DNA of 64,000 nt from Guillardia theta CCMP2712 (taxonomy: Eukaryota; Protista; Cryptophyta). Of the stretch, positions 60,780-64,000 are shown piece by piece. The notes below the pieces were generated by a model. It searched no databases and was not told where the DNA came from. It saw only the letters and a program-made list of their open reading frames with translations. The position numbers and the translations under genes were made by a program. Numbering within the stretch: position 1 is the stretch's first letter; every line of letters begins with the position of its first letter. The stretch lies in contig NW_005434586.1 of NCBI RefSeq assembly GCF_000315625.1, forward strand, positions 168,759 through 232,758, written 5' to 3'.

Positions 60780-63480
60780 GGAAACATCCCGCAGCGAGGC
60801 ACCCACGCCCTCGTCGGCACCGTATTGCTCTTGTTGACCTCGGTGCTCCTCATCTCATACATCGCGAGCTACGAGGTAGCTTGTTGTTGGGCTGATGCTC
60901 AATGGCGCGCTGAAACAATCGCAGGGAGCCGCCCCGTCTCTGCTGGAGAAGAGTGTGAGTACAAGACTCGTTCTACTGATGTTTCGAACTTGAGATCTCC
61001 TATTGTGAACAACTCGAGTTGCTGTTGTTCCCTCGAGCTTTGTGCTGTGGTGCTATGGTGGGAATGTAACTGTATTGCAGTATGCTGCACGCAGACCTGC
61101 TGCTAGACTCGCAAGGCTCACAAAGCTGGATGGCGAGGCTGAAGAAGCCGAGGGGGAGGATGAAGAGGCAGAGCCTCAGGCGCCTAGCGTGAGATGCCCA
61201 GCAAGAGTGGAGCTTGAAAGCGCTGACGTTGATGTCTTAGGTGTCGGACATGCACAGGGCGCAGAGGGAAATTCGTGAGTCCAAGGAAGCGAAGCAGAGA
61301 CAGGACGACATCGACTTCCCGAATCGCAGCCCCAAGGATCATTGGTACTACTCGGGCAGGGCCGTGCATCGCAAGGTGTGCCCATGCATGTAGCTGGTTC
61401 TTGAGATGATGCCGCTGGCAGATTGACATGACGGAGATCAGAGCTCGAAGCCCTGTTCAGGACAAAGGCATGCTCTACATCTGCATTACCTTAGTTCACA
61501 TGCGACTGCAGTGGGAAGCATCCCCGATGTCATTTCGGGAGCAGCGGTCGCAACCAACAACCAGCTGTACATGCCGGCTCAGCCTCCTCCGGAGCATGAC
61601 GTGCGCTTCCGTCAGTCCCTTGGCTTAGCTCCTGACCTTGCGTGTCCCATCAGATCATGATGGATGTTGATTTGGCCAACATCGAGAACCCAACGAGGAC
61701 GATGGTGGCCCGTGCGCTGGAGCACATTCAGGTGTGCGATAGCCGTGATTGACTGTGTGTGGATGCTGAGACGTTGTAGGCGAATGAGATCAAGACCGAA
61801 TACTTCCACGACTCTCTAGTGGACAATGATCCTCATTCCTCGCACTACCAGCAGCGTATCCATGTTCCCTCAGTACCGGTGCGACGAGACCTCTGTCCTC
61901 CCCGAGTGCCCTTGATGGTGTTGCGCAGGGGTCCAAGAACAATGAGAATGGCCTCCTTTCTTACAACGGTGTTGCTCTTTGTTCCACAATGAAAGGATTG
62001 ATTGTTGATGTTGTTCGAAGGCATCGGCGGAATCTTCGGCCCAGGCGCTATGTTTGGCTCCACTGATGCGAGACCGGAGGTGAGGGCGGTGTTCCGACTT
62101 CCATTTCAGCATCTCATACCATGTCAAGGTTCCCCTACGTGCCTTCAAGACGCCTAATGGTTTCCTAGAGGAATCCCCTGGCACATTCGTTGGATTGATT
62201 TCTTTTGCAGGATCACTCAAGTGGGTTGACAACCATGTTCTCAACACTGAGAACGTGCTGCAAGCTGGTATTCGACATGCATAGCATCCTGTTGAAAGAT
62301 CTTTGACACTTCTCGAACCCTACAGGAACAAGCTTCACAGACAAGCCGAGGTTTAGCTCAGTTGAAGGAACGGCAGGAAACCGGGACATCGCGCAGGTAG
62401 AACTGAGTCGTCGTTGCCTCCTGGCCTTGTTACGTGACACATTTGACTCGTCAGGCGATCCTGAGAATATCCGACCCTAAGGAGATTCGTGCGAACAAGT
62501 TCTTGGGATACGATCCAGCGAATCCTCCAGTGAGAGCTAAAGTAGTTCTATCTCATCACCCCTGACCCGTCCGTAGGCCAAGGATGATCCCACCCTCTAC
62601 GTCCATTCATGGGCTGCCTACACGCCAGAGGGCTCTAGGAGGAGAGAGATCGCTGCTCGTGGTCAGTTGGCGTACGAGGAGTGGAGGAGGGAACATCCCC
62701 AACAGGCAACTTCTCCTTATCATCGTCATGTAGCTCACGAATAGCACAGGGGGATAGTGCTGAGCATGGAGTCCCTTGCTTCAACGGCAAGGTCCCTTGC
62801 AAGCCGCCTGGCCATGATCCGCTGATCAAGTCTGATCCATCGCTACGTGGAGGGTCGGCGGCTGAGGTGCTTGTCTATGAGGACCACCCTTTGAGACTGA
62901 CTTGACCTGTTCGCTCACAGGGCGAGGAGGGGGAGAATGGCGAGGTTTGCAGACTTCTGACATGCTCACTGTGTCTGCTAGCCTGACGATGTTGGCAGGG
63001 GGAAGATGAGAACGTGGACGCCAAGTAGGCAGGGAGCGAGGGATCGTGTGCATATGTAGGATATAAAGAGCTTCTTCTATCTTTTACATGAGGGCAACTC
63101 TCAATGATGAAACTTGTAGTATGCTGCGGTCGCTCCCGCGATCACTCCGTCCAGCCCGCTGTGAAGAGCTTGAGAGAGAGGGAGGACAGAGCAAGGTTAG
63201 TCACTTACCTTCCTGCCTGCTTGCCTGCTCGGAACCCCTGATAATACCCTCTTGCTAAGTCGTCATGTGGTAAGTCCATCTGTACATGATGTCAGAATCA
63301 GGAGCAGGAGCGAGAGCTCAAGGGCAAGAGCACGAGCAGGAGACGAAGAGCAAGAGCAAGTCTTGATACGATTGATGCATGACCTGCGATAGATGCAGCT
63401 GCGACGCCACGTTCACAGACTTCCACGGCGCCACATCGCCGACAGCATATGATCGGCTCTGCAGACCTGCGAGAACGTTA
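60780..63480 (-). CDS. 3' part of a multi-exon hypothetical gene (5' end probably beyond the window)
   Basis: Series of AG/GT-bounded coding-like segments (e.g. EVFGLDLIRLQRLSIHTQS...VLDVGQINIHHDL; HLKNQLHAWAHLAM). No family confidently recognised. Confidence 0.4.
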
Positions 63481-64000
63481 GGAAGGAAACAGAACAGCAG
63501 GGCAAGGGAGCGAAATGGAGAGGTAAAACATGAGGGGAAGTGCTTTAAGGAGGTATGAAAGAAGTGGAGGAGGGTTGTGAGGAGATGAAGGACGAGAGGG
63601 CAAAGAAGTGTAGATGAGCAAGGGGCGAGCACAAGGAAATGGGATGCAAGAACGAAAATAGATGAAGAAGGAAGGTGGGTCACGGAAGAAAGAAGATAGG
63701 GAACAATGAGAGGAGGGAAGCACAAAGGAAGGAGCAGCGAATGATGGAGGAGAGGACAAGGGGAATAAGAGAGGAGAGATTGACGACGAAGTACGAGAGA
63801 GGGAAGCAAGCAGGAAAAAGCGGGGGAAGGGAGAACGAGGGAAGAGGAAGGAGGGGAGGGAGGAGAAAGGGAAGGAGGAGAGGAGGAAGGTGAGAGGAGT
63901 ATGGAGTATGGAGTATGGAGGAGGGAGGAGGGAGGAGGGAGGGAAGGAGGAGGGATGGATGAAGAAGGGATGAGGAAGGAGGAAGGGAGGGAGGAGAGGA

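Noticed and set aside
60780-63480. Bridge-like lipid transfer (VPS13/ATG2-type) identity for the last gene
   Set aside because: Only a vague beta-strand pattern; cannot be supported without a profile search.

Overview
Gene-dense, intron-rich eukaryotic nuclear DNA. Short (~45-55 nt) introns with degenerate donors, (GGAGCA)n and poly-purine/pyrimidine tracts, an RWP-RK gene and several bipartite signal+'AF/GF' plastid presequences point to a cryptophyte with a secondary red plastid, most like Guillardia theta (inferred, not searched). About 24 protein-coding loci are present. Recognisable ones: biotin-protein ligase, histidine phosphatase, FAM160/FHIP-like, RWP-RK factor, modular LRR protein, plastid-type RRM protein, USP10/UBP3-like deubiquitinase, F-box/kelch, PITP, two ankyrin proteins, an RRM/RD-repeat protein, RPT1, DUF218, plastid DnaJ, LURP-one/tubby-like, a dual-specificity phosphatase, ARPC2 and tafazzin. 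There are two assembly gaps. Top leads: (1) an apparently obligatory non-canonical GA-AG intron splitting the phosphatase CX5RS loop; (2) a secreted LRR gene with no clear intron, built from three Cys-capped modules, with a fusion scar and a 5-nt frameshift; (3) a dispersed 'TTTACTCAAAGTTAAGTTAAAAATCAGTACGAGGACAATC' element that brackets this gene and occurs as inverted repeats, a tandem array and a hairpin; (4) two classes of intergenic islands; (5) a plastid-targeted PITP with altered inositol-binding residues. Exon boundaries were spliced by eye, and multi-exon CDS coordinates are start-to-stop envelopes.
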